A stretch of DNA of 64,000 bases from Paragordius varius (GCA_964247055.1 OZ176051.1:9424001-9488000), one strand, 5' to 3'. Positions 1 to 12,900 are shown, counted from the first letter of the stretch. The notes: generated by a model not told the origin, from the letters alone. Numbers and translations are program-made.

Positions 1-534
1 ACAGAAAATTGTAAGGATTTTTGGTTGATATTCCACTACTTTATTTTGCATATATAATATACTTAATAATTCCTAATCTAAGAATCCAAAATAAAAGAGT
101 ATAAATTTTTTATATACTCATAAACCAGATGACAAAAAAATGCAATGTTAGGATTATAATAATGAATTTAGGTAGTAAATAATTAAAAAAAATTATTTTA
201 ATATAGTTTCATTAAATATTTGTCCTTTAAATGTGATAAAAAAAAACGCCATCTTTTGACCTAAAATTTTATAGAAACGCTAACTATATGATTATAGGCT
301 ATTTATATATTGAAATTATCTCCTAAAATGATAATAAACGATAATATTTTAGATTTTCTCATTATTTTTTGAATTATCCTTAATTATCCTTAATTTTCAC
401 TTTTTGCCTGATTTCGATTTCTCCCAATATTTCAAAAACTAGGTTGTCAACAAATAAAAAATTTTGCGGAAAATGAATACGCTGGTCATAAGCTATCTTA
501 TGAAAAAAAAAATTTCGTTAAATTTTTTTTGCAA

Positions 535-536
<2 letters not shown>
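1..536. mobile_element. One arm of a long-TIR foldback element (inverted copy of about 57073-57600; same family as 54375-55614)
   Basis: Shares blocks such as ctcataaaccagatgacaaaaaa, aaaacgccatctttt and ggtcataagctatct with 55030-55614; ends tttgcaagta directly at a (TA)n run. Confidence 0.6.

Positions 537-598
<62 letters not shown>
537..598. repeat. (TA)n microsatellite
   Basis: About 30 perfect TA units. Shorter runs occur near 47346-47386, 55340-55372 and 57050-57073. Confidence 0.98.
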
Positions 599-601
<3 letters not shown>

Positions 602-614
602 CTCAATATCATTG

Positions 615-1460
615 ACTGCAGATGTTTTGATCTTTTAATTATTTATCCAACAATTAAACGACTCGCCAATAGATATAAGTATGCCCCAACTTGAAAAAAT
701 ACGGTGTGTTGGTCAAGGTATGCTATATTTGAGATCGGTAGAAAAAGAACTATCAAATGTCGGATATTGCGATTATTTATTGAAATTAGAACCCGTTTTA
801 GACGAAAAAAGCATTGTTGCAGCGGAATTGACAATAAGTATAATGTTAAACATATTATGGAGATTATTTTTCTTAACCTACCTTTGCAATTAGAAGTATT
901 GCTTGATAGGAAGGACTATAACTTCTAATTGGAAAGGTAGGCTAAGAAAAATAATTTCCATAATATGTTTAATATTTACTATATAGATGGCGTTTTCCGA
1001 TAAAAACTATTACCCTAATTAAATTAGTATAATGGTTTAGACTTATTTTATCATTTTTAAAGTGTATTAAAATACATTTTTATATTTAAGCTATGAGCTC
1101 TAACGCAACGCCCGAAGGCTAAAATTCGATGTTATAAGTGCATGATTATAAATTATTAAATTTTAAAGACGAATGCTCGGGTAAACAAATGTACATTAAA
1201 TTTTGGCCTTATATCTCTTCAACATCATCGAAAAATTGTTACAGTCAAAACGAAAATGTTACCTATCCAAAACTCAATTAATTATAATGAAAACCTGACT
1301 ATCCCGATAAACTTTTTGAAGTCGCAGACATTTGAAATGTGCTAAATATACCTATTAGCTATATGAACCGGTCACTATGCCAAAATGGTTATGGGAACAA
1401 CTATTCTTGATTCAAAAACAATAACAACAATTATGAAACAGATCCTGAAGCAGGATTTTA
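615..1460 (+). pseudogene. Synaptotagmin-like remnant (end of C2A plus C2B), inverted duplicate of 56310-57030
   Basis: LRSVEKELSNVGYCDYLLKL..AAELTISI aligns with the Syt C2A/C2B junction ([29 protein letters not shown]). HHRKIVTVKT..INYNENLTIP resembles GKRLKKKKT..PYYNESFSF. Stops and frameshifts are present. Confidence 0.55.
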
Positions 1461-4400
1461 ATAATCCTTTAGGTTTTCGGTATACCTTTTAAATAATTAC
1501 ACTGCTTCGTAGGCAAAATTGGCCCACTTTATCCTAAATATATTTTCCGTTTAAAAACTAGGCCCCATTACAAATAAATCTTATAAATATATATATATAT
1601 ATATAAATATTATTATTTATATGAAATTTTAACCCCTTTAAAAAAGGCTCTCTATTTGAATAAACGCAAAAATGTCGAGATTGCATGGTACCAATTTTTG
1701 ATATATTTTAAGTGACATCAAGTTTTTTTGATAAAATGCATACAAAATTTCTTGCAGCTATATGTAAAAATAATTGGATGGGGGTTTACCCTTTAATTAA
1801 TAAAAATGATATATTATACATAAGCCATTTAATTTTAGAAATCTTTTTGTTAGGGATATAAGACTTGTAAAAAAACTCTAAAAAATTAAAGGAAGTGTTA
1901 TTAAAAATATTAAATCCATTAAAATGAAGAAAATTAGGAGTAGATCAATGGTTATTTAAAAGTTAGGGGAAAAAATATTATAAAATGAAAATTAGCGGAG
2001 TGTATCTCTATGTCTATGTAACTTATTTGAACATTCACTATTTTTAATACCTGACGTAACTTTTAAATATAAAATCTAATCTAAAATCATAAATATAATT
2101 ATAAACAAAAAATACCTTCAATTCTTTCGAATAATTTACATCAAATTATAATTGATCGGCAAACATCTATTATTATGAAATAAAATTGAAAAAAAATTTT
2201 TTTGTTCAGTTATCAGGCTATAATTGGGTTAAATTATATTATAATAATGTAAATTAATTAAATGGGTAACAATAAAACTCATGGCCTAATTGCATGAACA
2301 GTTAAATTTAAGTTTACACTTAACTAAAATACATTCATTCCGTCCTTCGATTCGAATTGGGGTAGTTGGATATCCCAAGCCTGCTCAAATTATACTTAAA
2401 AAATGGGGAATTGAAACCATAAGTTTGCACCTATATAACATTAATAAACCGAAAAAAAAATATAAAATACATGATACTTATCTTAAGGTAAAACCAAAAG
2501 GTAAAAATTTAATCAACATGACATGTGTGCATTAGCTAAATTTTAATAATACTAAATAAACCACTTTTTTTTTTCCATTGATATTAGATGTGATCTAAAT
2601 TAAGAATTAGTTTTATTAGCTTTAAAATTAAATAAACAGGGCTCGCAAAAATATTGTAAAATAAAAATGGCCTCTAATAGTTTTATGTGAAACTTTTTCT
2701 CTAAAACTAAATTTCATTTAGATATTCTGGCTTACAAATATAATTAGGGAAGCATAAATTTAAATTGGGACCATTTTTTTAAATAGTTTTATAAAATAAT
2801 TTAATATAGTCTGGGTGGTATCCCCATTTTGAATCGAAGTGTTGAATCGAGCAAGCATCTGATCGGATTTTTACCGTAAATTCTATCTTGAAACCATAAT
2901 AAACAATCAAAAATTGAGAATATATTTATGTATTAATTGATATTTAAATTTTTAAATAATTTTTTTTTTAATATGTGTTTGTTATAAATTCTACTAAATT
3001 ACATTACAAATGATTAGTTGAAAAGGACATTCTAAAATAATTAATTTACTTGATAATTGACTTTCCAACCGGCTATTTTTACCGTTTTGACAGAGTAATA
3101 TACAAACCTGTATTAAAAATCCAGCCAATAATAAAAAAAATTTGTATCATAAAACTTATAAATCTGATTTCAATTTTAAAGTTTGTGAACGCTCGTAGAC
3201 CACATACTTGTAAACGATAAAGCACAATAGTTCTTAATTAATGATACATCTCAATAATGGCGAATAAAAACATTACATGTATTTTTAAAGTGATAACGAT
3301 TCAATTTTATTTTTGATGAATTCCCATAAAAGAAAGATATGTTTATTTTTGGCACAGTATCGAAATATATTATAAAATGACATTCTATAGTTTGCATTAA
3401 TTAAGTTGCATTTGACTAAGAAATAACGAATATGTAATCATTATCATCAAAATTAAAAAAATTACCACTTAACTATTAGGTTAAAATCAACAATGTCTTA
3501 ACAAGCGCAACATTTTTTTAAACTCCCGCTACAATTTTTATCCATAAAAATTTTTCAAGCAAATACAAATCTTTTATTCAAACGCAACATTACTTGCATT
3601 TAAAGACAATTTTTTCATTATATAACAAATTAGTGTGCAATTCTTTTAGTAATATAATTAGCCGAACTAACTCAGGTCTTAAATAAAATTTTTAACTACA
3701 ATTAATGTTCCTTATGGAAGTTACTATTTGCCATTGATAAAATGTGCGTTTGGTTGGAAAAGTGTTTCTTTGGACTAAAAAGTATAATTTTATCAGACTG
3801 AAAATGGGATTTATATTGATTTATATAGGCTCATGTTGATCATTAGGTAATATGCCGAATTATATATATTAGTTTCAAATTTCTTAAATTATAATCGCTT
3901 AAAGTTGAAAACATTCCAAGTTGTAACTAAATTGTGGGTTGGCTCAAAAACTTTTTTAAGTAGGTAATTTAAAATATTTGTTAAAAGCTATTAATTAATA
4001 CGACATATAGGTAAATTTTTGGCATTTTATTGGTATTTAATAAAAATAAAGATATAGTTGTTGGCATTATTTAATGAAAAACTACCAGTGCATCTCTATA
4101 TTTTCTTTTCGAAAATTAATTATTTTGTCGTGAACCTTCTATAAGATTGCGTTTCATGTTCTTCAAATCACTTAAATTATACAGTTAATTCCTTTTTTAT
4201 ATATAATAAATTAACTATAATACAAACTTTAAGTTTTATATAATTTAAAATTGGCGATCGTGTTTAAACCAGATTTGAGATTGTAAGCTTAGCCAGATCA
4301 AATACACTTTAATTTATTTTTTTACCGTAATAACTGTCGGGCAAGTTGTTTTGGTTTATTGAAAATATTGACATTTTACAAAACTAATGTATTAGACACG

Positions 4401-4615
4401 AGTTTTACATAATGTTTTTGTCGAAATACATAAAAATTAGGCTTTAGGTCCAAAAAAAATCAAAAATATTTATTTAGTAGCCTGCAATATCATTATACAT
4501 TGCCGAAATTCAATAATATTTGCTTTATCTCCTTTAATATGTAGGGCCCATTTTATTATAAAGCATTTCTATATAAGACCTCCAAGAATTATATCAAAGC
4601 TATTAATTTTTTGAA

Positions 4616-7143
4616 ATGATTTTACTACCAATTTTATTCCTATTTGGGTTCTACAGTACATTAGCTCAGAAGCAACCAAATCCCGATGACATTTTGGTTT
4701 CATTTGGTCAGGAATATTATTATCAACTTCTTGATAAGTATCAAGGTCGAGCTAACATAACTGTCAATTTTGCGTTTGGTACATTTTACTACCCTAATGT
4801 TAATTATTCCCAATTTCTTGATCAAGAGATAGCGCCTAAATTGAATTTAGTTGATGGCCCTTATTCCATTTTAAAAAATGGTGTGACACAAAGGCGTGGA
4901 AAAATTTTTCTTCAAGGTAATAAATTTAATATTATAATACTCTTACATTGTGCAAGTGTTAATTTTTTACGTATGATTCATAGACGAAAGATGCATATAT
5001 TTTGTAATAACCGCCTTTCGCTAAATATCATGCAATAACAAACAATATATGTGTTATCCTTACACACTATGTTACGTTTTTTGCCCAATTTATCAATATC
5101 AATAAGTATTTTATATATTTTTTCTATATCTAACATTTTGCAATGTAATTTTTCAATTTTTAGTAACTACAGGGGGCATAGTATCACCAAATAATATCAA
5201 AAAGTATGAAATCGATATAGCTGAGTTTTGGCAACCTCTTAAAAATTCAAAAACACCCCCTACCATTCAAATAACTACCAAATATGGAAAAGAAATGCCT
5301 TTTCAAGTGTCAAACAAAACAAAATTAATATTTAATATACCTGGTAAATGTGATTATGTTGGACTTTGGACCATTAACATAGATGGTAAAGAACTTAACC
5401 TTTATTTTGAAATTTTCTACCCTTTGACGGATTACAAGAGCTACAATGGACGATTTATATTTGAGGAAAATTGTTCTGATTTGTTCAATGACCCAAATTT
5501 AGCCAAAACTTGTGAATTAAACCTTTATAGTCCTGGTAGAATTTATCAAAAATCACGGCTCTATTCAAGCTAATATAACAGCGATTCCTGATGAGTTTTT
5601 AGCCCTTTTCGTGAATAATTATGCATATAGAACATGGATAATTAAATTTGATGGTTTTTATTATTTATTTAAAATTTTTGGATATCATATATATATTTAT
5701 AATTAAATGTATAATTTTTCTGCCATCATTCTGAATCCTGGTAGGCGAAAGTGTTAATGTTTTCAAAATTATTTAGGCAATTCTCCTTTTTGTTATAAAC
5801 TAGAAAAATAACTTAAAACTATGTATTATTTATCCAGGAACGTGGGACAAAGCTGGAAACTTTAAATATATGCCCAAAAGTTTAAGTAAGTTTAATTATT
5901 AATTTTTTTATTACAATTATATATTATTCATATTTAACATCTTTTCCATTGCAAAAAAAACAAATATTCCGGTACATACCTATTAATCGTAAATATTAAA
6001 AAACATGAGCTGCAAACTTTTTGTCAAATTAATTCCATATTGGGTATTAGTGCTCTCAGAAAACTCTATTAACGTATATTAAAATCTGAGTTATATAAAT
6101 TTTTTTACTAAAATTATTAAAAATCTACAAACCTCACGTTATTATAGAATAATTAGGCTTAATTTAATATAATATGTTTAGCGAAAAGTGTTCGGAAATA
6201 CTATCAGTGTGAAAATACAGTTAGTTTCTCAACACTTGGATGGAATATAAAAGATGTTGAGTTTCTTGGCCCTTCTTATGAATACCTGACTAAATTTAAA
6301 ACTTACATGGACAATAATAAATTGATACTAAGTGGTTCGAGAAAAGAAATATCCAAATACGACAAAATATATCTAAAAAAATCGGATTCTCTACATGAAA
6401 TCAAATTGGTAGCTCAAGAGTGCCAAACTGCTTCCAAAAGTACTTATTTTTTTAAAAAATTCAAAGGAAATTAATGATATAATGCAACTTAACATGATTC
6501 CAACCCTTTAATATTAAAAAAATAATTTGCAAATAAAAATAAACGAAATTGTATTTTTACTTGATGTTCACTATAGGGAATAAATATACGCGATATGTCA
6601 CACAAAGTTTTATTATATTGTTAAATTATTTATTATTAGATAAAACATTATATAGATTATTTATAATTCTCAGCATGTATTTTATTTTCGGAAAATGTAG
6701 TTTGGGCATTAGTTAATACTTACTGGCGTAAAATTAAAATTTAACAAACAACTATATGTTAGCTGATTAGTGAAAACAACCATGCAAATACTCACACAAT
6801 GAGTTTTATTTGATTTTTAGTCATTGATGAATACGAGTATTATAACCATTCGCATAATTTGCCCGTAATATATAAACAAACCTCTTGTGTCAATGATATG
6901 CGTTTTTTACTAATGTGTAATATATTACCCTTTATCGATATATTAGATATCGGATGGAATAGTGAGGCAAGCACCTGGGACCAAATCAAGCCTCACCTGT
7001 CAAACCAATATTCCACAAGAATAACTTTGTATGCTAAATATCGGTCTCCGTATACAATCAAATGCAGAGCGAATTCTTGTATAAAGTTGCTTCTTTCGGC
7101 CGATGATCAAATCGCTTTTGTTAATAATCAATTAAACATCTAA
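4616..7143 (+). pseudogene. Gene X copy 1 (secreted Ig-like protein). Exons 4616-4916, 5164-5653, 5838-5885, 6182-6439, 6821-7143
   Basis: Signal peptide MILLPILFLFGFYSTLA and GT-AG phase-1 introns. Exon 2 is 490 nt versus 492/495 nt in other copies because of a 2-nt deletion near 5555 (caaaaatcacggc vs caaaaatccaacggc), a frameshift. Confidence 0.75.
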
Positions 7144-7875
7144 TACTTATCTCGTTTTGTGATGATTTACAAAAATTAACTATATCTCACAAATAAATAA
7201 TAAACATTTTAGGCAAATTCTTATTTGATCCCACAACTTTGAATAAGTAAAACGTTGATTTAAAGAGATAATTAAAGCCTCATAAACCAACAGTAGTATC
7301 TCGATTCCATTTATCTACCAGCACTGTCCTACACGCGGCCTTCTGCAATAATTTGCGGCCCGCGAAAGTTTTTGGATTTATCAAATAAATTCATAATTTT
7401 AATATTCCAAAAATAATTTAATAACAAAGTCAATAAATTATTTAACTTTTAGAATATATTTTTAGGTGTTGTTTAGATTTGCCCTAAAATTTTATATCTA
7501 TTTTATGTTTTGAGCTGAAATATTTATTGACGCGAGAGTATTATCGGTTTTATTTTCACGGTTCTGCCGTACGAAGCTCTTTTGTAAATAGGATTGTTTT
7601 AAATTAGGTTAGTATTATTGAAATCATTTTATTAGTGGTACTCCTACTATGACCCTAAGGGATCTTTTTCCCTTAAATAATTTAATATATTTTGAAATGT
7701 TTATTTTAAGTATAAATATCTGCAAATGTGTCAAAGAGCTCTGAAATTTTTATCGGATTACATGGTTACTTGGCCCTTGCGACAAGATAATTTTTTTTCG
7801 TCCCTTTATCTTTTGTTGTTGAGTACCAATGCTGTAAGCTTTTGTGAATACAATCAATAATTTATATTAGCATTA

Positions 7876-9013
7876 CACTGCTCAACAAGGTTTTGCACCA
7901 CCCCATTATTTTTGCATTTTCTAATACCTAATGGCATGGAAAGGCCAAAACAAAAAAGAAAATTGAGGCCACCAATAGGATTTTTCCAAAATTTAATTTT
8001 TAAATTTGTATTTAATTCAAAAATAACAATCATTCCTCATGTACATATGTTTAAATATTCAAACAAGCAAGTCGATACAGGTAATATTCCATGCATGGAT
8101 AACAAATTCTAGGCATTAAATAAGATACTAAACAAGCTAAGAGCCAAAGTATTAAAAATCTAAAAGGGGCTTATGTATAGTGTGATAGATATGGGCGGCT
8201 GCAAAGCTCTGCATATCCCCCAAGCATCCTATAATTATGCCAGATATGGCAAAGATAACAATAAGTAATCGTAAAATCCGATAAGAGAGACTTGCAAGCA
8301 AAATTGTGGCAAATTGACATGTCAAATTAACCAATTTACAGAATAAAGTTAGATGAATTCTACAATTAAATTGAATATAAATTAGGTCAATACAAATGGT
8401 CCAACCGCATAACAGTAAATTCTACTAAAAGTGACTACACAACATCCATCTGAAATTCAAAATACAAAACAACCAATAATTTTAAAAAAATAAGGTATAT
8501 CCACTAGGTATAAATAAAGGATATTTTATAAGAACCAACTCAAGAGAAAAAGTCTAATAAGTACTCGAAAGAACGAAAACTAACAAAAAAATATAGCCTA
8601 TCTGAAAGCCGAAGGTTTAAACCATAGAATGCCTTTTTTAGTATTTTTTTAAAAAAATTTTATATGTGTTAAAAATTCACTTGAAAAAAAAGACTAAATT
8701 TTGACGTTTAAGTCCGTATTTTTTTTTTCTCTCTTATATTTAAATGACATATTTATATTCAAAAGATAGAGTTTAAAACGCTTTATTAAATGATATTAAG
8801 TTTATAAAATAATAACATTTTATTATAAAGTTATATTTAATTTTCTCTCGATTTTCTCTTGTTTTTGAAAAATTGAAAACCCTATAAAATTTCAAAATTC
8901 TGATTGGCGGGATCAAAATTTTTTTCAAATTCGGTTTTAAAACACTGAAACTAGTCATAATTTAAAAAGTTTGAGTGGTGGTGCTTAAAAATGTCCAAAT
9001 TTGTCGACTAGTG
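7876..9013. mobile_element. Non-autonomous DNA transposon with CACT...AGTG ends and TTA target duplication (CMC/Chapaev3-like)
   Basis: Absent from the paralogous site near 42170-42195 (empty site gcatta-ttcatt). Ends are cactgctcaacaa and cactagtcgacaa (reverse complement), each followed by gcaccacc. tta flanks both sides. Confidence 0.75.
8055..8418 (-). pseudogene. Rhodopsin-class (neuropeptide-receptor-like) GPCR fragment, TM2-TM4, inside the transposon
   Basis: LLLCGWTICIDL..LFCKL..CQFATILLASL (TM2-TM3 with the ECL1 Cys), then in a shifted frame YAELCSRPYLSH..FLILWLLACLVSYLMP (ERY..IC.P.LSH / TM4 W..P pattern). Stops and frameshifts are present. Confidence 0.5.
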
Positions 9014-9384
9014 TTATTTATTACTAGGCTATTTCATTTACCAATAGTTTGGGAAGTTGTTCGATTAGAAAATTTAATTAAATAGCATCGAACTTAGCAA
9101 GAACATGTTCCGTTGGGTTCGAACCAACCTGTTTGGTTACAAAATTTAATCTTCATCTCGTTCTATATTCAAATTTTGAAGTTTAGGATTAGGCTTATGA
9201 TACATATACATAATTATAATTGAGTTTCCCTCTATTGGTTAATATTTTATTCAAGCTAATGTGCGATAAAAATGCTATTTTCCCGCAAATTGCAAGAAAT
9301 AATTACTTTTTTCCAGAATATTAATCGCATTTATCATTTCGATGTCCATTATCTTAAAGCTTTTAGCTATTTATAAATTATTAC

Positions 9385-9826
9385 TCGATTTTAATGCTCC
9401 TTTAATTACTTTACATTTTGGTAATATAATTTTAACCCAAATATAGTCCGATAATTAATTAACGAAAACTATTTCATATTTTTTTGAATTTTATATCATA
9501 ATAATAATAGATGTTTGCCGATCAATTATAATCTGATGTAGACTATTCGAATGAATCAAAGCTATTTTTTGTGTTTAATTATATTGTTGATTAAATATTA
9601 TTTTAAAACTTACACAAGTTATAAAAAAATTAAACACAAAAAATAGCTTTGATTCATTCGAATAGTCTACATCAGATTATGATTGATCGGCAAACATCTA
9701 TTATTATTATGATATAAAATTCAAAAAAATATAATGAAATAGATTTTGTTAATTAATTATCGGACTATATTTGGGTTAAAATTATATTACCAAAATGTAA
9801 AGTAATTAAAGGAGCATTATAATCGA
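9385..9826. repeat. Long near-perfect palindrome (arms about 196 bp, loop about 47 bp)
   Basis: 9385-9580 is the reverse complement of 9628-9826 with only a few mismatches. Confidence 0.95.
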
Positions 9827-10325
9827 AATCCTCACTGCATGAACAGTTATAATTAAGTTTAAATCACACATACAATTTTACCGTAAATTCTATCATGAAA
9901 CCGTAATAAAATATCAAAAATTAAGAAATATTTTTATGTATTAATTGAATCTAAATATATAAATAATGTTTTTCAATATCTATTTGCTATAAATGCTACT
10001 ACATTACAAATGATTAAATAGTACAATTTAAATATTTAATTTATTTGAACGGGCTATTTTTTTAACCGTTTAGAAAGGGTAATATACAAACCTGTTTTAA
10101 ATATCCAGCCAAATATAATAATACATATTACCACAAAACTTATCAATGAATTTTTTATTTTCCAATACACAACCATTAATTTAATATAGATAATAACTGT
10201 TTAACACTGTAAAATATACATGAAATACATATTGGAAATTATTAAAATAACAGCAAAAATATTATTTTTTCTAAATAAAAGACAAAATATTAGTCAAATC
10301 AAATACCCATTCATATATTTTTAAA

Positions 10326-11280
10326 TCAGTCGGATATATCTGATGTTGTCATATACTTATTGATTCAACTAAGAGACGACGTCATGCAGAGTACGCATAC
10401 GATTATTTATCACAAACCCCATTTTATTAATTAAACATTTAATAAAAATACGTAGGCCTCTTGCTCTTGTATTAATCAACCTCAATCGATCACAAGTATG
10501 AAACATGTTTAATTTAAAAGTTCTGATTTCAATGTAAAAGTCAGTGGGCGCTCAAGTAGACCACATCTTTGCTAATGATAAAGGACAATAGTTAATTAAT
10601 GATATATCTCGATAACGGCAAATGGGAGAAGCATTACATGTATCACATAGTCTGCAAAAGAGAAAGGCACATAAACTCGGAAAATGGGTCGTACACAATT
10701 TGAATGACATCAAATCGCAATAAATAGCTAGTGAAATCCATCATTGTGACGAAAGAAAATCTGTTTGCCTCGAAATGTGATAGGTTATGAGAATGGGTTA
10801 ATTTGCAAATGCGTAAAATTTGTGGCTTTCATCTTGCAAAGATGACGGTCTATGAACAACAGCCAAAATTGCTTTTGCAAAAAGACAATGCTGTGTTGGT
10901 AGGATCAGAGTGTTATTTATTATGAAGTCTTAAAACCCGCGGGTAAAACTGTTACTTTCACCAACAAGTGGTAAATTTAAACCATGCATTAATAAAAAAC
11001 AACCGGAATGTGTTAGAAGATATTACGATTTTACAATATAACAAATCCGAATTACACAGAACGAGTAAAATGAAACTTCTTCTCGATGGGATATACGCAT
11101 CACCTGTAGACACCTTACCTTACATTGACTACCTCTTTGCATCAATGGATACGCGAACAGAGTAGCACTTTAATAATTTCAAAGAAAATGGCTTGCCAAA
11201 TTGTCTGCCACATAAAACAAATATTTTTTCTGGCATGGCAATCATGTTTTTCCTGAATAATAAGAATCGATTCTCAATAA
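10326..11280 (+). mobile_element. Degenerate mariner transposase (Mos1/mauritiana-like)
   Basis: Frame-split motifs FKSSDFNV (FKSGDFDV), LGKWVVHNLN (WVPHEL), DQSVIYYEVLKP, VVNLNHALIK, DYLFASM and FFWHGNHVFPE. Confidence 0.85.
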
Positions 11281-11299
11281 GCCATGTGAATGAGCTTAT

Positions 11300-11490
11300 T
11301 TTTAAGCTCAATCACCTGGATGAATTATGTGGACATATATTTGAGGGAGGTGATTGATTTTTTGAGGCGTATTGAAAATTTTAATCAATATGATGGAAAA
11401 AAGTTTGAATCGCGATTTATATTTGGTCTTATTTAAAAGTTTTGTAATAAATTTTAGATATCCGTGCATTTTTATAAATACCGTAATAAG
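11300..11490 (+). mobile_element. Tc1-like transposase C-terminal fragment abutting the mariner
   Basis: AQSPG*IMWTY resembles the Tc1 (A)QSPDLNPIE..W motif. Confidence 0.4.
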
Positions 11491-11847
11491 GACTGGAAGG
11501 CTTTAGCCAAAGAAATGACTGATTTGAGATACAAAGCAACCGAGGGATGATCGATATATGTTATAAATATAATTTTGATAATTAAATAAAAAATATATTA
11601 ATTTATTGTGTAAAAATAAAGTATTAATAAAATTGTTTTTGTTTCTCCGAATTGGCTGACTATTAGATATAGGAGCTTTCTGATTTTCTGATATAGCGTT
11701 TGCTAACTCATTCAATGCTACCTATCGCTTTTATTATGCTTTATACCTGTAAAGTAACAAAAGTATAAATCGTAAAACTTGAAAGATATTTATTCGTTTT
11801 TTATACTCTTTACATACTATTTTTAAATGAACGTAATTTGCATGATT

Positions 11848-12412
11848 TTGTAATGGTAATGAACGGATTGGTTATGTTTTGTAATAACAGTTGTTAAAAT
11901 CCGTAATAAAACGATAAAGGATAATTAAATAGAATTAAATGAAATTATAAATAGATTATAAACGATATGTGAAACCCTTCATCAATAGTAATCGCAGACT
12001 AGTTTCGTGCTTGTTAGCACTCATCAGTACGACACAACTATTTGACTTGGGGTTTTCACATATCGATTTCGTATATATATCCAACTTTGCAATTTTGGTA
12101 TAAATGCAGTTGGTTATACAAATCTAAATTAAATTTAATGTAATTTATGAAAATTAAACTGAAAATTTGAAAATAAACTGAAAATTAACTCTAGGGGTGA
12201 GCCTAGATTTAGAGTATAGCTACTTAGGAATTTCATAGAAATCAATTTAATAACTAAGAAGCACTCTATTATGATAATAAACATAAGATAAAGATGATAT
12301 TGTAATGGTAATGAACGGATTGGTTATGTTTTGTAATAACAGTTGTTAAAATCCGTAATATAACGATAAAGGATAATTAAATAGAATTAAATGAAATTAT
12401 AAATAGATTATA
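11848..12412. mobile_element. Penelope-like element remnant with 113-bp direct repeats (11848-11960, 12300-12412)
   Basis: Near-identical direct repeats enclose a hammerhead ribozyme. A weak GIY-YIG C-terminal trace (LDLEYSY/RNFIEINLI) lies on + at about 12200-12290. Confidence 0.6.
11991..12033 (-). ncRNA. Type I hammerhead ribozyme (minimal, palindromic stem III)
   Basis: Minus strand reads GUCGUA CUGAUGA GUGCU-AACA-AGCAC GAAA CUAG UC^ UGCGAU. It has an intact core, a 5-bp stem II, a 6-bp stem I, a GUC cleavage triplet and an ACUAGU palindrome. Stem I extends into a hairpin spanning about 11963-12065. Confidence 0.9.
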
Positions 12413-12439
12413 TCAAATAAAACAAATAATTTCGAGTAA

Positions 12440-12900
12440 CTAATGGATATGTTATTTACTTAATACAAAATATAATAAGACATGAAAATCTCACTAAAAA
12501 CTATATCATACATGCAAAATATATATTTAAAATTTGCATATGTAACCTTACAATAGCCTTAGGAGAACCGGATCGGCTTCCGCCGAATTCTCTCAGGGTA
12601 ACTACGCTCATGCGAATTTTCATTTATATTGTCATTATTACTAATACTATCATTACTACTTTCATTATCCAGGTATCCAGAAAGTGTGACAGGCATGGTT
12701 CTAACCGCCACTGTACGCACAGGACGACCCTTACTGCCTTCCTGCGCTTTTACGCGCTGGGCAGGGGGACGCCACTTCATTGCTGGGTGCTTCTAAGGGT
12801 ATATGGAGTATGTAGTACAACAAACAAATTAAAAGCGATAATAATAATATTAAATTATATGCAATTTAGCCCTATCAAAGTATTTAATGTTACAATCGAC
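12440..12900 (-). mobile_element. Ty3/Gypsy 3' remnant (integrase tail plus LTR start)
   Basis: ORF ends RSYPERIRRKPIRFS*, typical of Gypsy integrase tails, and is followed by a TG-start AT-rich LTR-like sequence. Confidence 0.45.

Noticed and set aside
464-694. 76-aa ORF with YIYIYI repeat
   Set aside because: It is a translation of the (TA)n microsatellite and the foldback end.
2330-2850. Possible MITE (ttcgattcgaattgggg / ccccattttgaatcgaa inverted ends) containing the 81-aa ORF
   Set aside because: It is an insertion relative to 9830-9880, but the termini and TSD are too decayed to delimit, and the ORF has no recognisable motif.
4570-4577. TATATAAG upstream of the gene X ATG
   Set aside because: A plausible TATA box, but uninformative in 75% AT DNA without transcription-start data.
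4917-5038. Read-through tail of the 140-172 aa ORFs (GNKFNIIILLHC...)
   Set aside because: It follows a good phase-1 donor (CAAG|GTAAT) and its stop position differs among copies, so it is treated as intron.
11559-11847. LTR-like AT-rich segment starting TGTTA at the duplication junction
   Set aside because: No second LTR, PBS or TSD was found to confirm it.
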